64,000 nt of DNA from Octopus bimaculoides (GCF_001194135.2 NC_068988.1:40962032-41026031); one strand, 5' to 3'; positions 36,751-51,962 are shown, numbered from the stretch's first letter. Notes: a model not told the origin generated them from the sequence alone. Made by a program: numbers and translations.

Positions 36751-39049
36751 NNNNNNNNNNNNNNNNNNNNNNNNNNNNNNNNNNNNNNNNNNNNNNNNNN
36801 NNNNNNNNNNNNNNNNNNNNNNNNNNNNNNNNNNNNNNNNNNNNNNNNNNNNNNNNNNNNNNNNNNNNNNNNNNNNNNNNNNNNNNNNNNNNNNNNNNNN
36901 NNNNNNNNNNNNNNNNNNNNNNNNNNNNNNNNNNNNNNNNNNNNNNNNNNNNNNNNNNNNNNNNNNNNNNNNNNNNNNNNNNNNNNNNNNNNNNNNNNNN
37001 NNNNNNNNNNNNNNNNNNNNNNNNNNNNNNNNNNNNNNNNNNNNNNNNNNNNNNNNNNNNNNNNNNNNTATATATATACCAGTTTATTTATGTACCAATT
37101 TATGGATGACGTATCATAACATAAATGCTTCGATTAGAGCCGAATTTGTGGATGTTGGTCTAAGCATTAACGAAATGCCCAGATGTCTTCTGGAAATGCC
37201 TGCAAGCATGAAGGAGCACCCTTTGGAAAGATTAAGTAAATTGTGTTGAAGTGATTGCGTTATTTTTGTCTGGTATTTATTTTATCGATATCACCTGGGG
37301 GGAAAGGTAAAATCGCCTGCGATTTTAAACGCACCAGTTTGTAACTGAATTTCACAATGCATTTTGTCCGACGCACCAACGTTCCTGCTGTTCATCCGTT
37401 GACACATACACATTCATACACACACCAAATATACACGCATGCATACATACTTACATAAATACGTACACACATATGTATGTGTGTATGTATATATATATAT
37501 ATATATATAAACATATCTACTTGTGTATATGTATATATAAATACACAAATACATACATATGGGTATAAATATTTGTATATATATATTTGTATGTGTGTGA
37601 ATAAACACACCCATACACACATCTACATGGACATCGTTTCCAATTACATAATATATTAATCTTTATTTTATTTTCTGTTTCTTTTTGTTGTTTTTTTTTA
37701 TATCTTATCTGACTTGATATAAGTAATATATAAAAATACTGGGACCAGTAAATTAAATAATAAATCAACTGTTGATTGTGCAAAAGAGTTGAAATACTAC
37801 TGAATTATTGTCAAATTGATGTTCTAGCGGTTCTATACCACCCAACGAATGACAGATATATATCGTAAAAATAATATAAATAAATATATATATAAATCTC
37901 AAAGAAACAGTCCTTGATTTTTTTTCCTTTTGTTGACTTTTTATTTAACAAGATCGCTAAAGCGTCTTACAAGTGGCCTTCTAGAATTTTTATAATCATT
38001 TATGTTGAGAGTTCAAATAATGTCGAGATCTACTTCTATTCCATCTTCCATGAGTCAGTAATGTAGCGTCTCAGCCAAATTCTATTCGAATGATCCTCAT
38101 CTCAAAGTGGTAGCTTTGTGTCGATGTTTAAAGGTCGATAATGAAAGTAATAGCCAATGTTCTGCGATCGATAATTTAAAGTACCAACGAATTTGACTAA
38201 ATATATTAACATTCTTCCTCTAGGATCGTTCTGCTTGTGTTAAAAAAAATTATTGGTAAGATTTATGTGGCGAGTACAGAGGAATAAAGTATTTTTCTTT
38301 CTATGTGAGAAGCTGTCACTTAAAGTGAGATAATCTACTTCAAAGTGAGCGAATACTACTTCAAACAAAAGTTAGCGATTTCAAAGGTAAGCGCATTTCA
38401 CTTTCGCAAAACTTAAACCAACGATTTATTAAAAACGTCATTTTTCAAAAAGTTTTTTTTTTTATCTTCAAAAATGTTATACGTGTATGGAATTTGATCA
38501 TTCTTGTGTTTATATGGTTGATTATTTGTATTTTCTATGATACTTTTTAAAATTTAATAGGAATACACACAAATTTCATATTGTTATTCTTTTGGAGAAT
38601 ATGTATATCTTCTCTTGGTATTGTTCAGAGTAAAGTAACCGAGCTTCTGAAATAGCGTCCAGTGTTACACAATTTGGCAAGTTTTGTTTTAAAAGTCAAA
38701 ACGAAAACCCCACTTTTTCAGTCACAGGAAGCCAGGCTTCATAATTTTTTTATAAGAACGGAATGTTAACGCATAGGGTGATACCTTCTTGATTAATTAT
38801 AGGCCAGGTCAACTCCCGTTGTAGACATTAAAAATGATATCACGTTGTTTTGATGGAATGTTTTCAGTTAAATAGCTCTTTTGTGCTAATCTCTTTTTAA
38901 AATCGTTATCCTTACTCTGAAGTGGCAAATTCTAATTTTGAAGTAATGTGTCCTTACTTCTGTTGTCACATGCAAATTTTGTGCATAGCATAGCATAGCA
39001 TGCGTGTGAGACAATCATCGAAATGGATATTAGGAAACAAGGGATACAC

Positions 39050-39350
39050 ATGAGGTCCAAGAAGCTAAGTTTGAGAAGGTGGGTCTTGACACTACGAGCT
39101 ACCGCTCGCCGTGATCTGAAAAGTAGCGGAACACTGTGTTACTGCCTCCCCACTACATCATGAAATTTCATGACTGGTGTAAATGTACTGCAATGCAGGA
39201 GTAGATATAAATTAAGTCCAGGATTATCTGAATTTTGAACCCAGTTTTAGTTTCATTCCTCCACTGGAGTACTTTCAGTGCACTTCTGTTGCTGATGTTG
39301 ATAAGGATGGTGAAAATCATCTCATTATCTTGTATTTGAGTCGACTTCAT
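39050..39350 (-). mobile_element. Possible Tc1/mariner transposase fragment, very degenerate
   Basis: Minus strand VLQWRNETK (compare V.WSDETK) and WGGSNTVFRYFSDHGER.LV (compare GGGSVMVWGCFS..G.G.LV). Confidence 0.35.
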
Positions 39351-39791
39351 TTCACGGCGAGATAAATTTTACACTCATAACAATTCATGTAACAACCACC
39401 AAGTTTGCAGTCATAATGATACATGTAACAACCAACAAGGAGACAAAACATTCCCTCAGAAGGACTTGCTAAAAATCACAATATTACATATATCTAAATA
39501 TCAATTTCTCAATAATTCCCGGCTAGATAATAAAATACTTTCCTATTAAGCAATAACAGTATGTTAATGGTAATTATGAATGACTTATATGAAATGTTGA
39601 AACATAAAAATTAGTGTATTTGTAAATAAATATGAAATAAGAATTCATAGGGATTCCTAATTTCGAAGTTCTCCAGAGAGCTTTTTACTACTTTAATTTT
39701 TCAACCTGACAATTATTCATCCTCATCTATGTATTCTATCAAATCTAGCGTCATTTACAACAACCATTTCTAACTTTTTCTCAAGAATAAT

Positions 39792-40005
39792 ATCCTTCGT
39801 ATTATAAGCACAAGGACTGAAGCTTTAGGGGAAGAGCTGGACGATTTTGTAGACCCCAGTGCTCAACTGGTTTTTATTTTATGGGACCCAAAAGGACGGA
39901 AGGCGAAGTCTACCTCAATGAAATTGGAATTCAGAACGTAAACAACCAGAAGAAATACCACTATGCATTTTGTGCGGCCTGATAATGATTCTGCCAGCTC
40001 ACCAC
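39792..40005 (-). mobile_element. SINE family A, diverged
   Basis: TATAAGCACAAGG.CTGAA...GACCCCAGT.CTCAACTGG...GATTCTGCCAGCTCACC. Confidence 0.7.
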
Positions 40006-41129
40006 TTTTTTCTCAAATACGTCTTCTAATTTCGTTTTTTTTTTTCAAACTGTACCTAAGGTTTGTTTTGCTTAGCACCAGATCAACACCAGATTAAGTA
40101 AACCTATGCTCTAAGATTATATTTTTCGATATGTCCTTCCTTTGTTCGTATGTTGATAGAAACTAATATTTAATGTTATTTATGAAGTTATAAAAGATAA
40201 CAAAGGTGCAGGCATGACTGTGCAGTTTATTATTTAATTCTGCATATGCAGTTATTTCAAAGAACAAGATGAAGATATGACTATGCACATAAGTAAACTT
40301 AACTTCACTATTCGAACACGTTGACTCGAGGTCGATCCCATCATACTTAATCTTTACCAAGAGTCTTCAGCTGTAGCCTCTGATTGACCAATAATTTATT
40401 AGTAAAATTCGGTAGACGGAAACTATGAGGAAATTTGCGGTGTGATAAATGTTTTCATCGATGTATATCGGTGAAAGATCAAAACAAAAGCGAGAAAACA
40501 GATAAGCTGGTACTTTCAAAGGAAAGTGTCTTGAGATATCTGTTTCACTCGAGTAATGTAGCCACTCCATTAAAATCATCGTAAATGCAGTGAACCAGTG
40601 ATTGGCTTGTCACAAACCAGTTACGGATGACGTTTCTTTTTCTGTAACGTGATATAAAAGAAATAGAAATAAGCCAACAATAGAACTTCCTTTCAAATAA
40701 TCTGTGTGTGTGAGCTTGACTACATTGATTATTGCCTCATCCGAAACCTCGTACAACAGACGAGTGATTCTTCCACGGTATTTTAGAGGTAATTATTGGA
40801 ATCAACGAGACACCCATTATGTGGTTGCATGACGAAAGATAACGGTCAAATCTCCTTCAAATTACAAGCAATTGTCTTAAAAGGGACATAATTTAAAATG
40901 TAGAATTAAATATACTGTTTAAAAAACAAAATTGGAATGGTAACGACAAGAACACTTTCTGACATACCATAATGAATCTTCTGAATCAGGACTGACCTGG
41001 TCCTAAGCGACAGCGATCGGTTTTAAATTTAGGAATTTTGTGAGGATTAAATACCAATGAACTTCGAACAAACTGGTAATATTTAAAGAACTCAGTGTAA
41101 ATATAATATAGTTACATATTTGATTTTTG

Positions 41130-43460
41130 TTTCTCACAAGGAAGAAAGATCTTTGTATTCGACCATTGTAGTCCATTGGAGAGTGATGAAATAAACGTGA
41201 CTTATGTCCAGCATGAATATCTGTAAACTGAAATCTGCAGAAAGTGCGTTCGTATGAAGGGTGGTCCTAAGGATCGGTCTTCTGGCGAAGAATAAACAGT
41301 TAGGGCGTAGCTTTCGTAAACAGGAGAAACAGACGAGGTCATTGGTATCAGTAATGGCAGTACACAAGTAGCTTTTTCAAAAGAGTTAAGACTGTTTATC
41401 ACAGTAATCTTATATGCGAAGATAGGAGACCGTAGAGCAGGAATAGTAGTGTGTTTCTGTGTGAACCATTGCCAGATAGACTGTTGGCTTTCTGTTTTGA
41501 AGTGATCTAGGATGTTTCTTTGTGTAGTAAGCGCACTGTTCATGATGTAAGAACATATTTCATTGATGGTTTCACTTTAGACGCGTTTATCATCAACAAT
41601 TCATGATTGTGAAATATGTTTTGGTTTTGAAGAGAATGTATAGTATCTGAGATACAACTTTAGCGATGTTATGACTGTATGCTCGCCTGGAAAGGTAACC
41701 AGAGATTGCCAGGCTACCCATTTGTAACGATTCCGAAGATTTTACTTGCTCGTTGACCAAGATAAGATTAGGTACGTTAGCTGTCTTCTTGATACGCACA
41801 AGGAGTGTGACTGCTGTTGAAAGAAACTATATTCTCATTACACTACTGGAGGATATTTTCAAGAGCTATATTCGTTGAATTGGTTTGTTGTGTTTAGGTT
41901 GCATGAGGATGGCATATATGTGTGAAAGGTTAGGAAAATTTGAATAGTGATTAGAGTTAATCTATCTCTAATATGTAAGAGCGAAGGGCATATGGGAAAC
42001 AACCAAAATGCTATGGTTGACAGTGTGTGAATCAGAACGTCTCATCAGCGCATACGTCAATAGTGAAGCCTGATATGAAGCCTCCAGTTTAAGCAATAAT
42101 AATGGATGAACCATAGACGGACAATTTAACTAGGAGATTCCTATGCGAAATTCTTTTCACAGCGTCACCAACACATTGCTCAAAACTCTTAAGAGAATGG
42201 GAACAACATTGAGTGACATATAAAAGCAGGTGACCGATAGATTTGGCTCTATGCAAGTCGTTAGGAAGGCCAAAGAAAGTACTTGTTAACCATTGCTTCC
42301 TTCATATTTGGAATTTTGAAAGTTGGAGTTAAGACAAAACTGGTTGACTTTAATGAGGCCGGTAAACAATGTCGCTTGTAACCAAAGATTCAGAAATATT
42401 GAAAAGTCTGGAGAGAGCAAAGACCAACTCTGAGGTATGCCGTTTAAGAGTGCTGTAACGGTGCAAGGGATATTGACATAATCAGCTGACTTATTGGTCT
42501 TATATGTGTACACGTTAGTGAGAATTTTAGAGAAAAGAGGAAAATGTTTGGAAAGATTTTGTTGAGAGGGCGTACCGTGGACTTCAATGAAAGTGGACGC
42601 GAAAGATTTTCTACAGGATCACTATTTACGGCGACAGTTTATTTGAAGATAAACAGAATGAAACAATGAGCAAAGTGGGTTGAGGCATTATTGACAAGAA
42701 ACCAAAAGAACCAATAGAGCCTAGGAGGTGGGATACATTTCTGCTAGTGCACGCCAATACTTCTGAAGCTACGTACATGAAGGTAGAGTAGAGACCCCGC
42801 ATGAGTAGATTGTACTACTCCTAAACACTAAAGGGCAAGCTTTGGTATTAAACCAGCCACCGTATTGGACCGACACTTCCAAACGGAACAGTAAGGATTT
42901 ACCGGATGGCTCCCAGTAAATAGCAACATTTGCTTTCTGAATGAAAGTCGCGTTGCAGTTGTGGGATTTGCTTATGAATAAAGTGCAAGAAGATTTCGAT
43001 TAATTGCTTAGCTGTCTTTGATGGTGATGGACGAAGTACATTTTCTGACGTATAGTGTAAAACTGATAGCATTCCAACCAGCTGACTTGAAGCTCAATAA
43101 GGTTCATTTGACAGCATAAGTATTTCTAGCAGAAAGCCTTATTTATTTAGCGGACAGATAATCTAAAGTTCATTGTCGCTGATAGATAGGTAAAGGGCTA
43201 GAAACGAGGAAGATCGTAGGTCTTCGGACAATCTAAGTGTCAGAACAGTCGATGATAATTGTTATCGGACAAAGAGTGTAGCTTCTCTTCTAGCAGTATC
43301 GGTGCATAGGGATGAGTACAAAAGCCAAGTGGAGCTTTGAATATTGAAGAAAATGATTTCAGAGGACACCATGATATACAATTCCTCTTTGCAGAAGGAA
43401 AAGTGGCTGAACAGTTTCGCGTCGTTTCTCGCCGTCAAAAATGTCAACAAAATTTTTGTG
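41130..43460 (-). mobile_element. Degenerate CR1/L2/Jockey-group LINE ORF2 (APE endonuclease end + RT + C-terminus)
   Basis: Minus strand FNIQSSTWLL...TDTARREATLF (compare GDFN.H..WL...TD.AG.EA..F), SIGHLLLYVTQ..SHSLKSFEQ...RISHRNLLVKLSVYG (RT), SGYLSRRAYSHNIAKVVSQILYILFKTKTYFT; many stops and frameshifts. Confidence 0.75.
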
Positions 43461-43734
43461 ATACAAACGAAGATAAAAGACAGCAGCTGGTCTAGCGATA
43501 GGTGTACTTCTGCTTTGTTCGATGGTGTTTGGCAGCGAGAAACCTTAGTGTAAGGGTTATCTCGCCCAAATGGTATTCAACAGGTACGTGTTTTAATTCT
43601 TGTGTGCACTCCAATCAACTTTTCCCTTCTTTCACTACGCACGTGAATCTAGATAAACTACTTATACCTCAGTTGCTTATAAATATATATATATATTCCA
43701 CAATGCTATAGAAAGTATCAATCTTGACACAAAC

Positions 43735-44079
43735 AATCTATGGGAAGATTTCAAAACAAAAATATTTCAGGCTGCAAGTTCGTCAGTGGGATTTAAATCG
43801 CGTAGGTCCCGTGACTGGTTCTCAGATAAATCAGCAGAAATTTATGATCTATTTTTAGAAAAACAAAACTTAGGCAATACACGTCTTTCTCAGCCCTTGA
43901 ACCTCAACTCAAACGAAGCTTACAGGAAACTGAACGGGTAAGTGCAGACTGCTCTAAGAAAAAATAAACAGAAATGGTGGAATGATAGGGCAAAAGAGGC
44001 ACAAGAAGCAGCTGATACAAATAACGCCATGGGTCTCTATTCTTATGTCAAGGTAGTATATGGCCCAAATTCTTCTTCA

Positions 44080-44080
<1 letters not shown>
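43735..44080 (+). mobile_element. RTE/BovB-type LINE fragment (linker between endonuclease and RT)
   Basis: LWEDFKTKIFQAA...RDWFSDKSAEI...QTALRKNKQKWWNDRAKEAQEAAD...YVKVVYGP, a typical RTE linker pattern. Confidence 0.8.
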
Positions 44081-44299
<219 letters not shown>

Positions 44300-44692
44300 A
44301 TACATATATCATATAACTAATAAATATATCAACCGTATAAGGTACATGATGTACACACAAATACTAATTGAATATTGAAATTAAAGTAGCAACCCAGTTC
44401 AACTCAAAAAGCAACTTTCAATCAATAATTTACATCATGAATTTTAGAAATTCCTATGACACTCACTCACATACACTCTCACATTCACACACACACATAC
44501 ATATCAATACCTACCTAGACAGACAGACAAGCAGACAAACAGATACATTTCTTTTATTAGCCACACAGGGCTCAACAAAGATGGGACAAATACAATGTAG
44601 AGCTTTTCTTTTTGGGAGGGGGAAGGGAAAAAGGGAAGTAAGGGGGTGTCGATCAAAAGGGATCGAGAAAAAAATAACGATCAATAGGGATC

Positions 44693-44751
<59 letters not shown>

Positions 44752-44967
44752 TAGATAGATAGATAGGTTCGAGGAGACAGCAGGCAACAAAATTGTACAC
44801 TGCTTTCCTAGAGAGTCGGAAAAATATCATGAGCTTATGTCAAAATATGTCGATGTAACTTTTTCTCTCTTTTGTTATTAAGAGAATATAAGCGATGTTG
44901 ACAGCCGATAACAGCCCTCGTAGGTAGACACTTTGCTGACAGTAACGTGGAGATTATGAAAGTTACA

Positions 44968-45040
<73 letters not shown>

Positions 45041-45502
45041 GTCTGTCTGTCTATATATANNNNNNNNNNNNNNNNNNNNNNNNNNNNNNNNNNNNNNNNN
45101 NNNNNNNNNNNNNNNNNNNNNNNNNNNNNNNNNNNNNNNNNNNNNNNNNNNNNNNNNNNNNNNNNNNNNNNNNNNNNNNNNNNNNNNNNNNNNNNNNNNN
45201 NNNNNNNNNNNNNNNNNNNNNNNNNNNNNNNNNNNNNNNNNNNNNNNNNNNNNNNNNNNNNNNNNNNNNNNNNNNNNNNNNNNNNNNNNNNNNNNNNNNN
45301 NNNNNNNNNNNNNNNNNNNNNNNNNNNNNNNNNNNNNNNNNNNNNNNNNNNNNNNNNNNNNNNNNNNNNNNNNNNNNNNNNNNNNNNNNNNNNNNNNNNN
45401 NNNNNNNNNNNNNNNNNNNNNNNNNNNNNNNNNNNNNNNNNNNNNNNNNNNNNNNNNNNNNNNNNNNNNNNNNNNNNNNNNNNNNNNNNNNNNNNNNNNN
45501 NN

Positions 45503-45563
<61 letters not shown>

Positions 45564-46954
45564 GTAAAATTTCTTTGTGTATTGTATAGGCAGTAGTTTG
45601 AAATGCTCACATAAAAGCCGGAGATTCAACATATAAAAAAATGTTAAAGAGAATTCAAATAGTTTCGACAATTTATATAAACATATATTCAGCCATGTAT
45701 CAATGTATATCAGTTTTTAAATATACAAATATATCAATCATTAAAATATTAAAACATTAAAACCCTATGAATACATAAATATATAAAAATTTAATGTACA
45801 TATATGAATAGACGAATGGGATTAAGTTATAAAAGTGTAGATGTATAAAAGTATAGATGTATAAAGATATAAACAGAGACATTTAGAATTACAATCATGT
45901 TAAAAGGCGTTGTAGAATGGCGTTGTAAAAATTGTTTAAGAATAAATATGCCCTTACGAAAAGGTGAATAAAATAAAGTCTTACGAAAAGAGGGAATAAA
46001 GAAAAATCGTAGCGTCGAGATTAGATTTTTCAAAAGACATATCTAAATAACCAAAGAAAATAAGTAATCCTGTTTAGATAAACTATTGGTGATAGTACTC
46101 TTACGGCCGTTTCAGGGGCACAGTAATCCATAGATTTTAAGGCTATTTTCACTATANNNNNNNNNNNNNNNNNNNNNNNNNNNNNNNNNNNNNNNNNNNN
46201 NNNNNNNNNNNNNNNNNNNNNNNNNNNNNNNNNNNNNNNNNNNNNNNNNNNNNNNNNNNNNNNNNNNNNNNNNNNNNNNNNNNNNNNNNNNNNNNNNNNN
46301 NNNNNNNNNNNNNNNNNNNNNNNNNNNNNNNNNNNNNNNNNNNNNNNNNNNNNNNNNNNNNNNNNNNNNNNNNNNNNNNNNNNNNNNNNNNNNNNNNNNN
46401 NNNNNNNNNNNNNNNNNNNNNNNNNNNNNNNNNNNNNNNNNNNNNNNNNNNNNNNNNNNNNNNNNNNNNNNNNNNNNNNNNNNNNNNNNNNNNNNNNNNN
46501 NNNNNNNNNNNNNNNNNNNNNNNNNNNNNNNNNNNNNNNNNNNNNNNNNNNNNNNNNNNNNNNNNNNNNNNNNNNNNNNNNNNNNNNNNNNNNNNNNNNN
46601 NNNNNNNNNNNNNNNNNNNNNNNNNNNNNNNNNNNNNNNNNNNNNNNNNNNNNNNNNNNNNNNNNNNNNNNNNNNNNNNNNNNNNNNNNNNNNNNNNNNN
46701 NNNNNNNNNNNNNNNNNNNNNNNNNNNNNNNNNNNNNNNNNNNNNNNNNNNNNNNNNNNNNNNNNNNNNNNNNNNNNNNNNNNNNNNNNNNNNNNNNNNN
46801 NNNNNNNNNNNNNNNNNNNNNNNNNNNNNNNNNNNNNNNNNNNNNNNNNNNNNNNNNNNNNNNNNNNNNNNNNNNNNNNNNNNNNNNNNNNNNNNNNNNN
46901 NNNNNNNNNNNNNNNNNNNNNNNNNNNNNNNNNNNNNNNNNNNNNNNNNNNNNN

Positions 46955-47036
<82 letters not shown>

Positions 47037-47877
47037 CGAAAGAAAGAAAGAAAGAGAGAGAGAAAGAAATAAAGAGAGAGAGATGCAGCCATAAGTACAG
47101 ATACAAAAATATACATATATTGACATACGCAACAGCGCAACATACGGTTTTTCCTTCGCTTCTTAATCCTGCAAGCTTTGTTTTATCATCAGCCAATGTA
47201 TATTTATGTATGTTCACTACGTGATAAAATATATACGCCTTTTTTTTAAATATTGGAAATAACAAAAAGTTTGTCCCAGATTCCGGATATTGCGGTCATG
47301 TTTGGTGAATACAGAGGGCACTTCGTTAAACGAAGAAATAACAAAATATCATAGACAATGCAAAGAAACAATATTTGATTGTTCAACGAGCTCCTGTATT
47401 GTTCTTCAAGTTTGAAGGTGAGAGAAATCGGAGACTTGAGATTATTTTCAATAAATGTTAGGATAGGTTTGAGGGGTTGCTCGCTTTAAAATGTGATGTT
47501 ACAGTTGAAACAAGTTTCAGGTTCCCGATACGTGGCCGTATGATTCCAATGGCAAGTGTCAGCATGTTTCTTTATGCTGTTTCAACTCCCTTTATGATGC
47601 TGATGCCAAGAAAGGTTTAAATATCACAAAATTTTATCAAATGTTTTTATGAATTTATGGACATGTGCTTAATTATAAAATAATCCGTGGGCCTATCCTT
47701 TCATCTTTCGGATATTGCATAGTGACGAGTACATTATGCAGTGTGGTGACTCTTCATTTTCGTAACGATGATGTCATTTGAGAGAGTTGCCTGTTATTTC
47801 TTGCAGGTTGAGCGACCACACAGAGACTCTCTTATTGATTCATGCTGACATATTACTTATCTTGACATATTACTTCC

Positions 47878-48060
47878 TAGGTTAAGTAGGCAGAATGGTT
47901 AGTACGATAAACAAAGTGATACTTAGCAATATTTCGTCCATCCTCTAAGTTCAAATACCGCCGTGGTCGACTTCGCCTTTCATTCTTTCGAAATCGATGT
48001 AATTGACAAGATTCGCTCTCTTCTAAAAATTTCAGGCCTTGTCTTTATAGTAGAAAGTAC
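47878..48060 (+). mobile_element. SINE family A, internally deleted
   Basis: GGCAGAATGGTTAGTACG...GTTCAAATACCGCCGTGGTCGACTTCGCCTTTCATTCTTTCG...AATTTCAGGCCTTGT...AGTAGAAAG. Confidence 0.7.
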
Positions 48061-49942
48061 ATATTACTGCCTAGGTTATATAGGTTGTTAACTTCAAATC
48101 AGTTCTGATTGTGCACAGTGTTGAGTAGATGGATGCAAAAAAGAAGATTCTTTTCTAACATTTCTAATTTGTTCTTGATGAATTTATTTCCAGATCAGAC
48201 CTAACTGAGCAGGCATATGGCTCTAGGTGTTGCACAATGACCAGCTCCACTTCACTTTACTTGCAAGATCATGCCAAAGAAGTGTGAGAGTAAGCAGTGA
48301 ATGATCCAACATTGTAATGAAAGCATCTCCATATAGTCTGGTCGGTCATAGGAAATTAATTATTCCCATTGAACTTTGCAAACATCAGTAATGGTATCTG
48401 GTAGATGTTGTACATATTTTGATAAATCTGAGAAGACAATAGTTTTGAAAGGATTGACGTTTTTGCTTGGTTGAAGAAATTACCTACGCTCATTTTTTTC
48501 CCTTTCTTTTGATTTTTACATGACGGAGGGAGACTCTTGTGAAAGCCGCACAAGAAAATTTAGATTCTTTGTTGGATTTTTGGGGGATGACTGCCGGTTG
48601 TGCATCTATATTCATTCCTTACACTATTCTCTTAGTAAGCTTCGTCAATAGTATTATTTTTGAAGCTAACTACAATCCTTATTTTGGCTGAAAATTATAA
48701 ATATGATATTGAAGGTAATTCCTAATTACAGAGGGTAGTAGATGCCGAAGGAAATAGTAGAGAATTTTTAAAAACCGATATGCAATCTAAAGAAAATAAT
48801 GGATAAAAAACACACCAAGGGATACCAGGGCAAATGTGGTTCGGGAAGGAAAGAGGATCAAATTTTAAACAGCAGCATCTTTTAGCCAGCCTGTATTGGA
48901 AAACGGAGTGGTAGTGTTGTACCAGGTAGCTCTAGATTTCGAGGTAAGTACGAATTTCCTGGATCCAAGTAATGAACCAGGACCACCAGCTTACCGCTCA
49001 GGTTGTGAGTGACAGTGAAGACTTCACTTTAAGAAAAAAGAAAGACCATTTTCGGCAAGGGCAGAAATAGGGTCTGGATAGTGTATTTATTAGGTAAGTG
49101 GTCAAGGATAAGTACAGAATATCAAAGTTTTTAGTTAGTTGGATAGGTAGATCACAAATTTGTGATCTGTATTGTCGACCAAGGTACAACGCATATAGAA
49201 GCGGCTAGAAATATATGGTCTGTGTAGCCAACCACACTACAGTATGTATGTACGCTAACCTCATGAACTCTACGTAGCTAGAGAGATCTGTAAATAAAAA
49301 AAATAGGGAGTATATATTTTCTTTTCTCCCTGTGACCTGTCCGTCTACCCCTCCCTTTCTGTCTCTCCTTTGGTAATATTCACGCACACATATACACACA
49401 CACATGTATGTATGTATGTATGTATGTATACAAAACTGTATGTATGTATATATATATATAAGCAAGCTTTCTGTATGTTCTTTTCTCAAGCATTATTTGT
49501 ATGTTTCTTTTTTTATTCGCACCCCATCACGCGTAGGTCACCAGTTTCTTGTATGATCTCATTATTAGCTCTTTGCCTTTTATATTGTCGTTACGTCATC
49601 ATACTTTACAACTGAAGGCTAATGATTGATTACAATGTCAAGCTGTTTCACTTAGTGACCTACTAGACCAAACCAGAACCAGATCTCACACTGATCTCCC
49701 TCTCAAAGACTATAGAGATCTAATCCAAACAAATCCTTACAGGCTGCTTATATTGTTGTAGTCACAGTTCTTTCATTTGACTTTTGTCAAATTATGTCCT
49801 ATACCGTCCGCACACATGTTCACATTTGCATACATATATATATATATATATNNNNNNNNNNNNNNNNNNNNNNNNNNNNNNNNNNNNNNNNNNNNNNNNN
49901 NNNNNNNNNNNNNNNNNNNNNNNNNNNNNNNNNNNNNGTGTG

Positions 49943-49975
<33 letters not shown>

Positions 49976-49976
49976 C

Positions 49977-50007
<31 letters not shown>

Positions 50008-50009
50008 TT

Positions 50010-50066
<57 letters not shown>

Positions 50067-51552
50067 CATGCACATTCATATACACATACATAGAATACCT
50101 TTCCTACTAGCTTTTCTGCACTTATTTTATTCTGCTTTCCTTTTATATGCATACATACATACATATACATCTATATATCCATGCATGTGTATTTGTGTGT
50201 GTATGTGCGTGTGTGCGCGAGCACGTGACGCTACTGATTTTTAGAAGTATGTTGTAGGTGATCCTGATCCAGTACCTGGGTTTCAATCTCCAGTTGCCGT
50301 CATTTCGTCCTGGCTGGAGGAGTTTCTTATGAAATTAGCAAATGTTTTACTTTAAAATGTTTTATTTGTGCTGCCATTTTTCGACCTAGAAGAATTGTTA
50401 GCACACCGGATAAAAGGGTTAACACAATTCTTCTGGCTTTACGTTTCGAATTCAAATGCTTCCGAGGTTAATTTTATTTTTCGACCTTTTCATCACTTTC
50501 ATAACAAATAGAAAAAGAACGTTGTGCATTCCGGCGATATCTCTTCGGAAAGCGTTCGACTGTCACGCGATAGTATACTTCCAACCGACCTGTCAGGGTA
50601 AACGTCTTCTTAGCTCATCTCTGACTGAGTTTGGTACCCTGCTTGTAATCTGTTCCTAGTGCTTATCCACCTGGAGCTCTGGTAAGAACCATACCCGAAA
50701 CACCTCTAGTAGGCCCTCGATCTGCCGATAAAAATCGACATCGGCTGGCATTAGCTTGCCTTTCCAGGTGTCAAATTGCAAGCACATCGAAGGCATTTTC
50801 TCCCACACTCTAACGATTTTGCCAATAATTTTATGGCATAAGTATAAGCAACATATTTGCAAAGGGAGGGATGTAGAGGAATAGATTGGCCTAGTACTTG
50901 AATGATGCCTATATTACCGATGGGAGTTTGAAATCAGAACGTAAAGGAACGTCATCCATCTTCTTTAAGGTGATCAGTGCATTTAATAAAAATAATGATT
51001 TATATCACAAAGGCAGAAGGCGGCAAATTTTTTAGCATGTGATATAGGCGATTAATTCGACTCCACCACTTGACTGCTACTTAATTTATTGACCACAAAG
51101 TAGAACTCAGTGCGATTTGAACCATATAAAAATAATTAAAAGTAGTAGTAGTAGTCGTTGGTTTTTTTCTGTTGTTGTTGCTGTTGTTGTTAGGAGATGC
51201 TGGATAACCTAAATTCGTTCGTCATTTTTTTTTCTATATTTTAAGAATATTAGAATGTGGTTTTACTTATTGTGGTGTCTTTGTTGCAGATACTCAGTCT
51301 CAGCTCAACACAGATCAACCAGATCTATGGCATTCAATATGACTTAAACGATTAAGGTAGTTAAGTGTGGCTTGATTGAGATTTCGCACTTCTTTCTTGC
51401 AGATGAAACGCAAGACGACGTACCGGAACAATGTTTTGATACTCACTGTCTTGTGTGCACGAGACGGTTTACTGTCAGATTGATAGATATCAGTGCGCAT
51501 TAGCAACTAATTTGTTTGCTGACTTCTATGATCAAGAGCCCCCATCCTTGTT

Positions 51553-51712
51553 TGGAAGCGCATAGATTAGTAGTTAGAGTGTTAGAGTCATGGTCGTAAG
51601 ATTGTAGTTTCGATTCCCGGATTGGATGGTGTTGTGTTCTTGTGCAAAACACTTCATTTCACGTTGCTTCAGTCCACTCAGCTAGTAAAAATGAGTAATC
51701 ATGCCACGGACC
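51553..51712 (+). mobile_element. SINE family C head + CORE-like module
   Basis: GTAGTTTCGATTCCCGG...TTGTGTTCTTGTGCAAAACACTTCATTTCACGTTGCTTCAGTCCACTCAGCT..AAAAATGAGT is the reverse complement of the module at 14205-14300 and 62760-62850. Confidence 0.7.
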
Positions 51713-51713
51713 G

Positions 51714-51962
51714 GTGTCCTTGGGAGCAGTATCAGAAGGCATCAACAGGAATATAAAGGAAATTAGAATAGAATGCCCAGTTGAACTGTTACGAAAGGTT
51801 TACCTCCTTAGTACGGTCAGAATAATCGGGAAAGTATTAGACAACAGAAAAGAACGAATAGCATGGTACCGTAGGCTGCAGGTAGTAAGTCCGCTACGCA
51901 TTCAAGACTCCAGGGACTCCAAAAAACCCTGTGATAAAGAGAAAAAAAATTTTTTTTAATAA

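Noticed and set aside
38320-38960. MITE with ACTTCAAA subterminal repeats
   Set aside because: The inverted similarity is short and AT-rich, and no ends or TSD could be defined.
40360-40580. LINE endonuclease N-terminal fragment (SETDISRHFPLKVPAYLFSRF...VSVYR)
   Set aside because: Only a loose resemblance, and it lies out of order relative to the 41.1-43.5 kb LINE; too weak to call.
50470-50860. Second Tx1-like ORF2 fragment on minus (SVRDELRRR)
   Set aside because: A single weak motif, with no recognisable CCHC knuckle.
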